Below, one piece after another: positions 11,653-23,680 of a DNA stretch of 52,605 nucleotides. Position 1 is the stretch's first letter. Each line of letters starts with the position of its first letter. Made by a program: the position numbers and the translations under genes. The notes under the pieces were generated by a model. The model did not search any database. It was not told the origin of the DNA and was given only the letters and a program-made list of their open reading frames with translations. Origin of the DNA: an uncultured Nitrososphaerales archaeon (GTDB lineage Archaea > Thermoproteota > Nitrososphaeria > Nitrososphaerales > Nitrososphaeraceae); assembly GCA_963709405.1 (NCBI GenBank), contig CAVPXM010000016.1:1-52605 (forward strand), written 5' to 3'.

Positions 11653-12183
11653 GTGCAAAAGTTAGATAAATCCGTCCATAACGAACAGTCATGGCCTCTC
11701 ACGGAATCTCAAAATACATTGCTGGCTAAGTTTGAAAAGATTAAAAAATTGTCTAGACCATATCTTTCATCTGAAAGGATAGATCTCATATTAACAAATC
11801 TTGCTCAACGGGTTTTCTATGATAGTGGAAACGATTTGTGTGTAGATAAATATCTAGAGGAATTACGCCAAAAAATAAACCAAAAGGAGGTGTTTGACCA
11901 TCTTTCACCTTCAAACAGACCAATGTCTAGTACAGGTATTTCAGAACAGCGGATGCAACTAGGGTCAGTTGACAACCCTTCTATTCGAGATCTGCATCAA
12001 GCCGCTAGGATAAAGTTAGCAGAAATTGAAAAAGTATTGACTCCTTATTACCCTGAAACATTTGTAAGGAATGTAATTACAGGATTGACTAAGCAATATA
12101 CCATAACAGGAGATCGCTCTATTCTCGATGAGGCATTAGAACGTCATAGAAGGAATGTAAAATGGTATACTATGCGTAACTAA
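11653..12183 (+). CDS. Hypothetical protein with an internally duplicated helical unit
   Basis: 176-aa ORF containing two similar ~55-aa segments. Confidence 0.6.
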   Translation: MQKLDKSVHNEQSWPLTESQNTLLAKFEKIKKLSRPYLSSERIDLILTNLAQRVFYDSGNDLCVDKYLEELRQKINQKEVFDHLSPSNRPMSSTGISEQRMQLGSVDNPSIRDLHQAARIKLAEIEKVLTPYYPETFVRNVITGLTKQYTITGDRSILDEALERHRRNVKWYTMRN

Positions 12184-12454
12184 TACTCCTTTGCATTGTT
12201 TGTTAATTGATTGGCGAGATCTGAATGAGTGCGGCGACATTTGGATTCATCATGGGTTTTGTATTGGGCATAAAGAAAGTCTGATAACAGAATGATTGAG
12301 GAGCTGTTCTTTTAACGGTACTTTACTTAAGATGATAATCTGGATTAAGTACTGCCATTCTTCGTCTTCAGGACAGAATTGTAGTGGTGTATGGTTCTTA
12401 TCAGTAGATTGACTTGCGCAGCAGTGCTCAAAATGATATGACCTTTTAGATTAA

Positions 12455-13359
12455 GAGCCTATCCCAAAATTGTCCTTCTAGATGATGATACAACAAGATA
12501 AGTGTACCAAGAAAAGATTGTTCTGCGATTTCTTTTCATATCTGACGAACAGTTTTCTGAACTTATTATACCAGGAGTTGTTTCTCTCTACAACACATCT
12601 TCTAGAATTATGATGACTGCCTTTCCTGATTGCTCATGCAGACTTCCTACATCTATATCAAATATTGGATATGTATCCTCTTTCGATAACAATATTATAT
12701 TCAATCTCTTTAGAATCAAATCCTTTGTCAACACAGAAAGAGATTTTGAACATCTCTATGCAAAGATTGTCTATTTATTACTTTTTTTGTCAAGAGCTTC
12801 TGTTGTACTCTTCACATCGTGTGTATTAGCAGCAGTAATAACAACAGATAATGGTATACGATCTTGATCTGTGAAAAAATGACGTTTTGTCCCTAACTTA
12901 CCTTTTCTATCTGTAGAATAGCGCCAGCCAGTCATTTTCCCCCTAATGGTGCTTTTATAGATACACTACTATCAAGTGATTGCCATTTCCATTGAATGCC
13001 TACTAGATCGTCATATCCTTTTAGCAATCTAATCCATAGTCTTTGAAATACCCTAGATGTGGACCACTGTTGGAATAGTTTATGACATGTCGAACCAGAA
13101 AGACCCATATTCTTTGGACAACATCTTCACATTCGCACCCAGTACTTAACATATAAAGAATACCATCCAGGAGTACCTTCCTATATGATACTACTGGACA
13201 TCCGATAGTGTGGTTTTTCTGAGGGAAGTATCAACCTTATTTTATTCCATAACTCATCGGGATTCTTTTGACAGTTGGAAGGCATTTAACTCTCGTAAAA
13301 CCACACTTATGAATAGGAAAATCACAAGCTATATGTCTATCTATTTTTGGGATGGGTTC
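12455..13359 (-). mobile_element. IS5-family element (IS427/IS1031-like), degenerate
   Basis: Ends GAGCCTATCCCAAAA / TTTTGGGATGGGTTC match the copy at 36448-37342; broken transposase (GILYVLSTGC..GSGSTCH..GTKRH). Confidence 0.85.
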
Positions 13360-13432
13360 TTAACCTAGATGGTAGAAAGACTAATTACGGATTTTCTTTA
13401 GCCCAAGAATTCGGAACTATCATGGATCATAT

Positions 13433-13843
13433 CTATTTTGCAATAACTACTGTACACTTAGCGTTGTGAACAATCTTATACGATGTACTCCCTAACAGAA
13501 ATTCCTGTAACTCATGAGGTCCTCTTCTTCCGATTACTATTGTATCAACTCCTTTAGCATCGGCCAATTGCAAGATTTGGGCAGCAGCACTAATTCCTCG
13601 AAGCTCTATTGTAGTTATAGAAGCTAGTCCTAACTTTTCAGCCCTCCTGCGATATATTTCTAAGAGCTCTTTACCCCGTCGTTCCAATTCCTTCGAAATT
13701 GAATATCCAACATTACTAAATTCTTCAAGCACGTTAACGATTAGTAAATTCGATTCACATCTGGAAGCAAGGAAAATTGCATATTCGAAGGCCTTATCGG
13801 CATATTGAGAACCATCAATCCCAACTAAAATCTTTGACAACAT
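13433..13843 (-). CDS. Universal stress protein
   Basis: KILVGIDGS, DTIVIGRRG..LLGSTSYKIVHNAKCTVVIAK. Confidence 0.95.
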   Translation of the reverse strand: MLSKILVGIDGSQYADKAFEYAIFLASRCESNLLIVNVLEEFSNVGYSISKELERRGKELLEIYRRRAEKLGLASITTIELRGISAAAQILQLADAKGVDTIVIGRRGPHELQEFLLGSTSYKIVHNAKCTVVIAK

Positions 13844-13924
13844 TTGTAGCTTATCTTAGAAAATGCATTATATATGAATTAAAGTTGTGTACAAAGCACG
13901 GTGTTGAATACGAACTGTCAAAAT

Positions 13925-14326
13925 AGCTGATGGAAACGAGCAATTATGTGATTCTGCAAGATGGCCCGGTATCACAGTTGATGGTGGTTTTCTGAGTACA
14001 TTCTGGTAGATTCATATCGATTCTTAATTAAGACAGAAGAAGATGAAAGCAAATCTAAACTAAGCATAGAAGAATTAGCCCCTCTTGTTGACGCTGGTCT
14101 TATGTCTTATAGAGCAATCAAGAAAATTAGGCAAATGCTCGGCCCTAGTAAAGCTATAGTCATAATGAGAATAGGTGGTTTAGGGTATTATAGCATACAA
14201 TATGCAAAGATATTAGGACAAACAGCTAACGTAATAGCTCTTGACAGACAAGATGAAAAACTTCAACTTGCCCAAACCGTTGGCGCAGATTTCACTGTTA
14301 ATACCTCAAAATACCATATATCATAA
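13925..14326 (+). pseudogene. Zn-dependent alcohol dehydrogenase fragment
   Basis: GNEQLC..WPGITVDGGF..EELAPLVDAGLMSYRAIKK..IGGLGYYSIQYAK; frameshifted and truncated. Confidence 0.75.
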
Positions 14327-14552
14327 GGATTTATCGCTTTCTTAACCCATAATTCTACTTGTTTTGTTTTTCACCAGGTAATAGATCAATTTCAACCTCT
14401 TTATTGCCATTATTACTTTTTCTTATTTACACACTTCTATTAATTATCACAATTCATACATATAATAAGAGATCTGTCTTATTCATAGTAATTATAGGTT
14501 AGAATTTCAGTTTGCGTTTTTAAATACTAATGCAACGTGTAACTAGTTATAA

Positions 14553-16891
14553 TTACAATACTCCGCCTCCACCTTCACCGCGTCTCATAGCCCCTACTGT
14601 AGGTGTTGGCCTACCAAACTGTTCAGCTATTCTCTTATACCAATTTAATTCTTGATTTGATAGCGGTCTAATCTTTTTCATCGCTTCTTCAAAGTGTCTC
14701 ATATATAGCTTCATCTCCTTTGAATGTTTTTTTGCTTCGATAGGATCTTGATACTTTGCTATGTGTTCTCGTAAAGCGAGCATTACGGCTGCCGCTGCAA
14801 ATGAAGCAATATCGGCTCCAGTATATCCTTCTGTAATGTCTGCTAAGTGCAGTATATTAACATCTTCTGCTAGCGGTGTTTTCTGGCTATGGATTTTAAT
14901 TATTTGAAATCTTGAGTCACGATCAGGAGGAGCAACATAAAGTACCCTGTCGAATCTTCCTGGTCTCAATAAAGCAGGATCTACTATGTCAGGTCTGTTT
15001 GATGCCGCTATAACAACTACACCTCTCAATTCTTCTAGACCATCAAGTTCTGTCAATAATTGGCTGATTACTCTTTCAGTGACATGAGAATCTCCAAAGT
15101 CTCCTCCCCTCACCGGTGCTATGGCATCAATTTCATCAAAGAATACAAGGCAAGGGGCAGCTTGTCTTGCCTTTCTGAACACTTCTCGAACGCCCTTCTC
15201 TGATTCTCCAACCCATTTTGAAAGTAGTTCGGGTCCCTTTATACTAATGAAGTTGGCCTGACTTTCGCTTGCTACGGCCTTTGCTAGCAATGTTTTACCT
15301 GTACCCGGCGGCCCATAAAGAAAGATGCCCTTTGGTGGAATCGCACTAGCTTCTGAAAACAATTCTCTATATTTTAATGGCCATTCTAGTGCCTCAATTA
15401 ATTCTTGTTTAATATCGTCAAGTCCTCCGACATCTCTCCAGCTTACGTTGGGAATTTCTACAAAAACCTCTCTCATTGCAGATGGTTCCATTTCATTTAT
15501 TACTTCCATAAAGTCTTCCATCGTAACGTTTATCTTGTTCAAAATCTGAACTGGAATGCTTTCTTCCGAAAGGTCTATCTCCGGTAGCACCCGTCTCAGT
15601 GCACGCATAGCTCGCCTCCTTCGTTAATGCTTGTAAATCGGCTCCAACAAATCCATGAGATATGTCTGCTAATTTTTCAATATTGACATCACGAGCTAAG
15701 GGCATATGGCGAGTATGAATGTGCAATATCTCCAATCTACCATTTCTATCTGGGACACCTAGCTCTATTTCTCTGTCAAACCTTCCGGGGCGCCTTAATG
15801 CTGGATCTATTGCATTCACTCTGTTTGTTGCACCGATGATCACCACCTTACCTAGTGATGATAGACCATCCATCAAAGACAAAAGTTGAGATACGACTCG
15901 TCTTTCAACCTCTCCTGTTACCTCTTCTCTCTTGGGGGCTATGGAATCTAGTTCATCAATAAATATTATCGAAGGAGCGTTTTGGTCTGCCCGTTGAAAT
16001 ATTTCTCTCAAATGTGCTTCGCTTTCACCGTAGAATTTGCTCATTATTTCTGGTCCGCTTATTGCGAAAAAGTTTGCATTAGTTTCGTTTGCAATAGCCT
16101 TGGCAAGTAATGTCTTACCAGTACCTGGAGCACCATGAAGTAATACACCTTTAGGAGCTTCAACTCCTAACCTTTTGAACAACTCAGGATGGCGTAAAGG
16201 GAGCTCAATAATCTCTCTTATTTTCGTAATCTCATCCTTAACTCCTCCAACATCCTCATAAGTGACAGACAGAAGTCCTTCCTGTTTGGATAAACCTTTC
16301 GCTATCTCCTCAGATACGACTATCCGTGTAGAGTTTGTAATTATGAGAGATCCTTTTGGTGGATTAGTTGAAACTACCATCAAATCAACTCTCTGTCCCA
16401 TTATGCCCAGCGGGACAATATCACCCTTCGTTACAATCTGGCCTTGCAGCACCGCGGCCAGATATTCTTCTGCTCCCACGATTCTCAGTGGCTCTGTAGG
16501 AGCAAGAGTAATACTCTTAGCATTTTTTGCTTCTGCCTTTCTAATTTCTACCTTGTCGTCAATACCTACATAAAGTCTATTTCTTATGTAGCCGTCTAAT
16601 CGTATCAATCCTTTGCCATAATCTTGTTCGTATGCAGGCCAGTTAAGAACGGAAGTTTTTGATTTTTCTGAACTAATCTCTATGACATCACCAGCCGAAA
16701 GACCTAATTCTTCTGAAATCTTTGGATCGATCCTTGCAACTCTTCTCCCAACATCCTTAGAATTAGCTTCAGCGACCTTTAAGCTAGTTTTCTCAGTTGT
16801 ACTATCATCACCGTTACTAGCGCTTCTCTTATCACCTGGAGTGTTAACGCCGCCGGTATTATTACTTCCCGTGCTTTGTTGCGCGATTCAT
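14553..16891 (-). CDS. cdc48: CDC48/VAT-family AAA+ ATPase, two apparent 1-bp insertions (~16887 and 15613)
   Basis: N-domain [19 protein letters not shown]; two AAA modules ([13 protein letters not shown]; [13 protein letters not shown]; RPGRFDR); removing the two extra bases restores a single ORF. Confidence 0.9.
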
Positions 16892-16918
16892 TATGTTGTA
16901 AGTGATATTTATTTGACC

Positions 16919-17872
16919 ACTCTGCATTTAGCTACCCAATAATAATTATTCTGGCATGATTGACTGGCCTTCGTATAATCATTCATTAGTAAGACGTGGC
17001 CAAGTACTCTTAGATTTTGATGTACTTGATGGATGGGATCATGAATTATCTCAAATGAATCTTGGTAAGGTTGGTGAACCTTACGACTATCCAGATTCCT
17101 TTATTAAGATCCTAGGTTACATGAGAGCTTATTTTCATCTACCATATAGACAGACAGAGGGCGTAGTTATAGCACATGCAAGTACAAAGGTTCCAGGTAT
17201 ACCACATTATAGTACTATTAGTAGACGCATAAACAGGCTAGAGATCAAAATCAATGAAAAATTAGGAAATGATATTGTCATTGCTATAGACAGTACCGGT
17301 ATTAAAGTAGCTAATCGAGGTGAATGGATGCGGCATAAATGGCATGTTAGGAAAGGATATCTAAAGATACATGTAGCAGTTGACATCAAGAAGAAGAAAA
17401 GAATCCTGTCTTTGGAGGTAACTAGTGAAGAGGTACATGATGGTAGGATGCTAAGCAAGCTAGTAGACAATGCTTCTGAGAATAATCATGTGAAGGGCAT
17501 GTTAGCAGATGGTATGTACGACAGCAATAACAATTTTAGATACCTGTCAAAGAACCATATTAAACCAGGTATAAAGACAAGAAGTAATTCCAAGGTAAGG
17601 TCAACTAACTGTCATGCTAGGAATATGTCTGTAGTAAAACAACAAGCAAATCTCAAAAGATGGAAGCGTAGCGTGAGCTATGGACACAGGTGGATGGCAG
17701 AAACAGCATTCTCTTCAATTAAAAGAATGTTTGGTGAACATGTAACAGCTAGAAAATTTCCTAATATGGTAAAGGAAATCTTCCTAAAGGCAACTCTGTA
17801 TAACATGTTCAATCGAATGACCTAACTAACGGCTTGCATAACCTAAAATCCTAATGAATCATGCAACAGAGC
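16919..17872 (+). mobile_element. IS5-family (IS903-like) insertion sequence
   Basis: Intact transposase; right end ATGCAACAGAGC; left end is an eroded match (ACTCTGCAT), so that boundary is approximate. Confidence 0.75.
16956..17825 (+). CDS. IS5-family transposase
   Basis: DWPSYNHSLVRRG, LPYRQTEG, IDSTGIK, ADGMYD, YGHRWMAETAFS. Confidence 0.92.
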   Translation: MIDWPSYNHSLVRRGQVLLDFDVLDGWDHELSQMNLGKVGEPYDYPDSFIKILGYMRAYFHLPYRQTEGVVIAHASTKVPGIPHYSTISRRINRLEIKINEKLGNDIVIAIDSTGIKVANRGEWMRHKWHVRKGYLKIHVAVDIKKKKRILSLEVTSEEVHDGRMLSKLVDNASENNHVKGMLADGMYDSNNNFRYLSKNHIKPGIKTRSNSKVRSTNCHARNMSVVKQQANLKRWKRSVSYGHRWMAETAFSSIKRMFGEHVTARKFPNMVKEIFLKATLYNMFNRMT

Positions 17873-18013
17873 AACTTCCCGCATTCAAACTACAGATTCT
17901 AATCGCAGAATGATTCATAAGAATTATGGACGCAGCGCATTGCACAAATCACTAACAAGATAAGTTCACGTTTTATCTCAAATTTGGTGCTATTATAAAG
18001 TGATATATCGTTA

Positions 18014-19110
18014 ATGGTTCTAAAACAAATGACTTTTAGAACTGTATGATTCTCTAGGTGTGTTTCGCAACAAGAAAGTGGGAGAATTAATGGAATCTCC
18101 TATTATGACAGATATGGACAGTCCAATCTCAAACATAATAGGAATTTTAATTGAAAACAATGCCTATGAAGTATTCATCAAGCTGGCTAGCAACTCCATT
18201 GCTAGTATAAAAATACTAGGAGATGATTCTTATCTTATCCCAAGAGAGTAATATAGGGCATGCTGCAAGAATAATGAGTCATTATAGATTAAGGGCACTT
18301 CCGGTAGTACAAAATGACGAAATCGTAGGACAGATTACTGCGAAAGCACTTGTAAGAGCAATTTATGAGGCTGACATTAGTGGTAGTAGGAGTAGCCATG
18401 CTGCTAATGCTTCAAAGATTATGACACCAAGCACTGTCGTAATAGGGACTAAGGACAGAGTTTCAAACGCTAAATGCACAAGATGAAATGCAGAATCGAT
18501 CACCTCCCAGCTGTAGACGACCAAGAAAATAACTAGTAGAATGTTAACATCAACTAATATTACACAAGTGATGCATCCATCAGAAAAGATAGGGGCATTT
18601 AAGATCATAATCATGATAATATTGCAACATCGAATGTAGATGATAATTTGCGTTCAGTAATTGATTTGATGGTAGATTTGAACACCACTTGTTTAGTCGT
18701 GAAGGCGTTAGATGAAGTTCGAGGAATAATCACATGGAGACATAGTTGCATTATTAGGAGAACTTAGTCAAGAACAAGATATACCAGCTTTCATCACTGG
18801 GCTATCAGATGATCCGCCTGATTCAGAGCTAACAAAATCAAAATTTATCAGCATTATCAGACTGTTAAAAATTTCTCCAGAAATAGAAGTCATATTCCAT
18901 ATAAAAATAAAAGATATAGAAGAAGAAAGAAGAAGATATGAAGTAGATGTGAATATAAGAACACCTTTCAGGAGAATATATATACAAACCCGGCATGAGA
19001 TCCGGCGACTGTGTTTGACCAGGTGATTCATAGCCCCAAAGAAGTTGGCGCACAGGCCATTCGGTAGACAAAAAGAATCAATGAGACATATGGATGACAA
19101 AACTATGTAA
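18014..19110 (+). pseudogene. CBS-module + C-terminal HPF/RaiA-like protein (archaeal hibernation-factor type), degenerate
   Basis: Frame-broken CBS repeats (AARIMSHYRLRALPVV..IVGQIT) then DIPAFITGL..KSKF..HIKIKDIEEERRRYEVDVNI..; many lesions. Confidence 0.65.
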
Positions 19111-19300
19111 CTATACTATGTAACAATAGTATCAGACGTATGCATCAGTATTTATTACAATATAACGTAGACAATAAACTAAATGATTCTCCTTTGTTCC
19201 TGACCTCTGTCAATGAATTCGGTTTAATCGTCGTGTGGAGGTGTTTATATTATTGATTCTATTCCGTAGATCTTCTTTCACATCACATCGCGCTTCAAGC

Positions 19301-19460
19301 TTATCTATCATCTCTACTAAAAGCCTCTCCTAGATCTCTAGCAGTAATCATCGCCGCAAGTCTTCCTTCCTTCTTTAGAGGCAGCCTTTTTATATTGTTG
19401 AATACTACTGTCCTCGCAGCATCATTGGTATGTGTCTCGATTGGAGCTGGAATGAATAGG
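19301..19460 (-). pseudogene. CBS-domain remnant
   Basis: NDAARTVVFNNIKRLPLKKEGRLAAMITARDLGEAF*. Confidence 0.7.
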
Positions 19461-19524
19461 TGAAGTGCATTGCAGAAAGTTCTTTCTTATTAAATACACA
19501 ATGTCAGAAATCAAATTATAGAAT

Positions 19525-20871
19525 ATGAACCTTTTTACACATCTAGAAATTATACCAAAATTGATGCAGTCATATGTCATCGGTTTTCAATTAAATTCTA
19601 TCTATAATTCAATTTATTTTACGGCTTTACGTGAAATATATAATACGAGTAATGGCAACATAATAACAAAAAAATCGCCGGAAACTTTCTATGACGAATG
19701 GCTTAAAATTTCTGATAAGGAGTTAGATAACAAATTAAAATCTAGTAGCTTCACCTCATTATTATCTCAATACGTCAATTTGCTTGTTGAATTACGTACA
19801 ATTTTAAGAGAAGGAGGTTATCCGGTGTATTATATTGGTTGGTTGTTTGATTCTTTTGTCAGAAATATTATGGTATTTGCATCGATAGAAAAGGATTTTG
19901 ATCTTACTCCTTTTGATATAATGTCTGTAAAGGGAAAGACTCGAGTACTGCATTACCACAAAGACATCAACAACTACGCTGATAGTAGCAAAGACAAAGA
20001 GACCAGACATCCGCTATTATTAATTTACGCTCCTATCAATCGCTTCCACATTCTGGATATAAGCCAAGATAGAAGTGTAGTTAGAAGGCTATTATCTAAA
20101 GGATTAGATGTTTACTTGCTGGATTGGGGATATCCAACTTGGGAAGATTCTAGTCTATCTCTAAATGATTATGTTAATTATGTGAAAGATGCTGTTCAAG
20201 ATATCAAGGAGAAAACTGGCACAGATAAAGTATCTATTCTAGGATATTGTTGGGGAGGAATACCTGCACTCATTTATGCAGCTTTGAATAATGAAAATCT
20301 CCGAAGTTTAACACTTATGGCTGCTCCGGTAGATTTTAGCAAAGATAGCACTATACTTGCAAATTGGTCGAAAGTTATTGATTCTAACAAAATTGTAGAT
20401 GAGTTTGGACATGTAGATGGACAGGTTCTAGATATTAGTTTTCTAATGCGTAATCCTCCACGATATACCTTTGATAAATATCTGAATCTATTCAAAAAGT
20501 CTAATGATACGCAATTTGTTGATAACTTTATTTCAGTCGAAAAATGGTTATATGATACTCCTATAATACCTGGTAATCTTTATCGACAGATCCTCAATGA
20601 TTGCTACAAGAACAACTTGCTTATTTCAAATGAACTGAAAGTTGATGAAAATATAATTGACCTAAAGAAGATAACTGCACCATTACTAACAATTGTTGCT
20701 GAAAATGATGACTTGGTTTCTCCTGAATCAACGTTAGCAATAAGAGATTATGTATCCAGCAAGGACATTGCCTCTCTTACAATTCCTGGAGGTCATATAG
20801 GATTATGTATTAGCACAAAAGCACACGAAAAGTTATGGCCAGAAGCAGTAAAATGGATTATGTCAAAATGA
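19525..20871 (+). CDS. phaC: Class III polyhydroxyalkanoate synthase with PhaE-like N-terminal extension
   Basis: PLLLIYAPINRFHILD, DVYLLDWG, lipase box GYCWGG, AENDDLV (Asp), GGHIG (His). Confidence 0.88.
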   Translation: MNLFTHLEIIPKLMQSYVIGFQLNSIYNSIYFTALREIYNTSNGNIITKKSPETFYDEWLKISDKELDNKLKSSSFTSLLSQYVNLLVELRTILREGGYPVYYIGWLFDSFVRNIMVFASIEKDFDLTPFDIMSVKGKTRVLHYHKDINNYADSSKDKETRHPLLLIYAPINRFHILDISQDRSVVRRLLSKGLDVYLLDWGYPTWEDSSLSLNDYVNYVKDAVQDIKEKTGTDKVSILGYCWGGIPALIYAALNNENLRSLTLMAAPVDFSKDSTILANWSKVIDSNKIVDEFGHVDGQVLDISFLMRNPPRYTFDKYLNLFKKSNDTQFVDNFISVEKWLYDTPIIPGNLYRQILNDCYKNNLLISNELKVDENIIDLKKITAPLLTIVAENDDLVSPESTLAIRDYVSSKDIASLTIPGGHIGLCISTKAHEKLWPEAVKWIMSK

Positions 20872-20949
20872 GAATTTTTGGATGGCTATTCCATTCATTC
20901 TTGGCATTGTTGGATTTGTGCCTCATTAGCTGATAGCATTAGATACATG

Positions 20950-21110
20950 GCTTTAACTATGTCATTAGATCCCATTTATTATCAACAACTATTATGGAGC
21001 TTATCTTATTGTCTGACATCATCCACAAATATTCAGATTGGTTTGTTCTTCGGCTTTTATCAGATCTTTGATCATTATCTCATTTGATGTAATCTCGTCG
21101 AGACGAACTG
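20950..21110 (-). pseudogene. CBS-domain remnant paralogous to 21755-22630
   Basis: VRLDEI..IKDLIKAEEQTNLNIC..MSDNKISSIIVVD. Confidence 0.55.
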
Positions 21111-21754
21111 ATGATATAACCTAGCCACCTGCAAATTCTCTCAAGATAGTAGCAAATATTCCTGGATCATGGCCTGTGCAATTAAAAGGTAGAGAACATC
21201 GCCTGATGTTCCAATATCCTGAAAAGTTTACAGCAGTTTTAGATACCTTTTTTGATTTGTTGACATATCTGAAAAATTATTAGCTCTTAGACAGCAACGA
21301 TAAATGTAAGTTTTTCTTTTAACAATATTTAGTGTACACAAAATGCTACCGTCTACTTGTCGTGAGATTGCTCCTAACATACTAGTGATTCTTTTCGAGT
21401 AGTCCATTATCCTTTCTTGCTTATTCATTCATTGTTTAGTTAATATCAAAAGAAGGCGATGAGGCTTGTCTAGAATATGCAAGCGGTAGAGATATGGTTT
21501 TGGTCTTGTCTCTATCGCTAAAGAGCCTTAATGATTGAGGTGTTCATTTTATTAACGATTATCTAGATCATGTTTATAATGACATCACGATTTATAGACA
21601 TAGAACGGGAATCTCTGCAAGTACAAGTCGATCTTTTCAAACAAATGAAGCATCATTTACAATTCATGATGGATAAATATCACCAGCAAGGGAAGAAAGA
21701 ACTTGCGAAGATGATTTGCGATTCATTTTCAGATTCTCCATGTCATCATGATGA

Positions 21755-22630
21755 CTAATTATCCACGGCCAATCTCTTTACAATATCAGTTTTCGTTATT
21801 ATACCCACAAGTATATTATCTGAATCTACAACTGGAATACCGCTTATTCTATTTCTTACCATTATATGGGCAGCTTCGGCTAAATCAGAATCACTTGTGA
21901 TAGTTACTGGGTCATACTTCATTACATCCCTTGCTAAAAATATTGCTTTAATGCCAGATGGTATAAAAATCTGTTCTCTTCTGCGCGCTCCCACTGGCTC
22001 CTGTATATCCCAATGTTGTCCATATATTCCAGTCCCAAATAATAAACTAATGGGTAACAAATCGCGTCCTGTGATAATGCCAACTGGCTTTCGATTCCTT
22101 GTCACAACGACTCTGGATATTCTATTGTCAGTCATTAGCATAAGGGTCATATGTATAGGTTCATCAGGAGCCACTGTCAATACTTTTTTTGTCATGTATT
22201 GTTCCACTAAATCTTCGACTAATTTTCTTTGTGCATAATGCATTGCATATGAGTCTACTAAATCACTCTTAGTTACTATTCCGTTGAGGAGGCCATTGTC
22301 ATCAAGAACAAGTATCGAGCTAATCTTGTGTTCTAGCATTAACTTTGCACAAGACTTCAAATTCTGCTCTGTATTGACTGTTATAAGATCTTTGCTCATT
22401 ACTTCGTCTAATCTGATCTCCTTGAGTTGTCTGTGTTGCGATTCAGTGTATAATACTCGCGAAATATCCTTCTCCGTAACTATTCCTAGAGCCTTGTTAT
22501 CCCTAGCAACTACTATCCTACTAATATTATACCTGAGTAAAGTATTGCGAGCATCAAAAAGAGTTTTTTCTGGTTCCAGTGTAATGGCTCTATTACTTAC
22601 TTCTGTTATCTTTAATCGCGTATAGTTCAA
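21755..22630 (-). CDS. Four-CBS-domain protein
   Basis: Four repeats ending GIVTEKDI, GIVTKSDL, GIITGRDL, GIITKTDI. Confidence 0.93.
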   Translation of the reverse strand: MNYTRLKITEVSNRAITLEPEKTLFDARNTLLRYNISRIVVARDNKALGIVTEKDISRVLYTESQHRQLKEIRLDEVMSKDLITVNTEQNLKSCAKLMLEHKISSILVLDDNGLLNGIVTKSDLVDSYAMHYAQRKLVEDLVEQYMTKKVLTVAPDEPIHMTLMLMTDNRISRVVVTRNRKPVGIITGRDLLPISLLFGTGIYGQHWDIQEPVGARRREQIFIPSGIKAIFLARDVMKYDPVTITSDSDLAEAAHIMVRNRISGIPVVDSDNILVGIITKTDIVKRLAVDN

Positions 22631-23479
22631 TGTATGTTTGATTCTGCCTCCTCCTTATATGTTCAATTGATCAGCAGTTTTATATATGAAGAATTTGTTT
22701 TTCGCTTCCTTGCAGTGTACCAGAAAATTCAAACTTGTTCTCATATATCGACTGGTCACCATAAAGTTTATCATAGCAATAGTGAATGCATTTATAATAT
22801 TTTTCAGAAGACAAATTATCAGCTGAGTTGATAAATCCTGAAACTCATTGCTAATATCTTAATTATCAATCAATTCATCAATTTAAAGCAAACCTGATCG
22901 CATTGTCAGCCAGCCACCAGAACTTTAGACTATTGAACCATCGAATAGCTTTCTTTTAGCTAACCATTATGTCTGTACTATTAAACAGGATCCTGGCATG
23001 ATTTTAGCAAATCGTTAATTGAACTTGGATGTGTCAAGACCCCAAGTCAGAGCTTTATCAGCCACGCGATATATAGATACTATTTCAAGACATGGAATAA
23101 ATACTGCATAATTCGCATTATATTACAACTTCAACGTCGGCTTGATAATCGATGATTTTATCTGGGGTAGTAGCATTTGATCGATTTAATAATCACGTTA
23201 ATTAAAGAATGAAAGAAATTGATATAGTATCTACTTGCCGTTTATTAGGAGCAAGTAAAACCATATATAAACTGCATAAACTGGATAATAAAAGACTATG
23301 TGTGTCATTAATTTATAGTGCATTTATTGTCTAATGATAAAATCAGGATGATGTTGTTGATAATCGAGTCAACTGTATGAAACAACAATGGAAATCAGTT
23401 TAAGACATTTTGATATAATAACAAAACGACCACGTAGCTATAAAGAGAGGATATTTTTTAATAACGAACCAGATATAGA

Positions 23480-23674
23480 TTGTTAGATGTATTTTCTAGA
23501 AAACATCTTGTTAAAAATATGAAAAATGATTATTCTGATATAAGGGCATCAATTTACACAAGCATGAAATGCATCTATAACCCAGTTGTAGAACAGCCCA
23601 TTATTGTAGACATAAATCGACAAGTACCGAATGAGATTGCAGAGAAATTTGCAAGAGAGTTATTATCAAGATGA
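23480..23674 (+). pseudogene. Possible C-terminal remnant of an AAA_33/gluconate-kinase-like protein
   Basis: SDIRASIY..PVVEQPIIVDINRQVP directly upstream of the COG2187 gene; weak. Confidence 0.35.
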
Positions 23675-23680
23675 GGAAAA

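Noticed and set aside
22233-22245. ATAATGCATTGC match to the island motif
   Set aside because: It lies inside the 4xCBS coding sequence, so it was not counted as a regulatory site
21897-22625. Antisense ORFs here and elsewhere (e.g. 6936-7364, 30229-30684, 42223-42735, 46354-46908)
   Set aside because: Shadows of well-supported genes on the opposite strand, with no motifs
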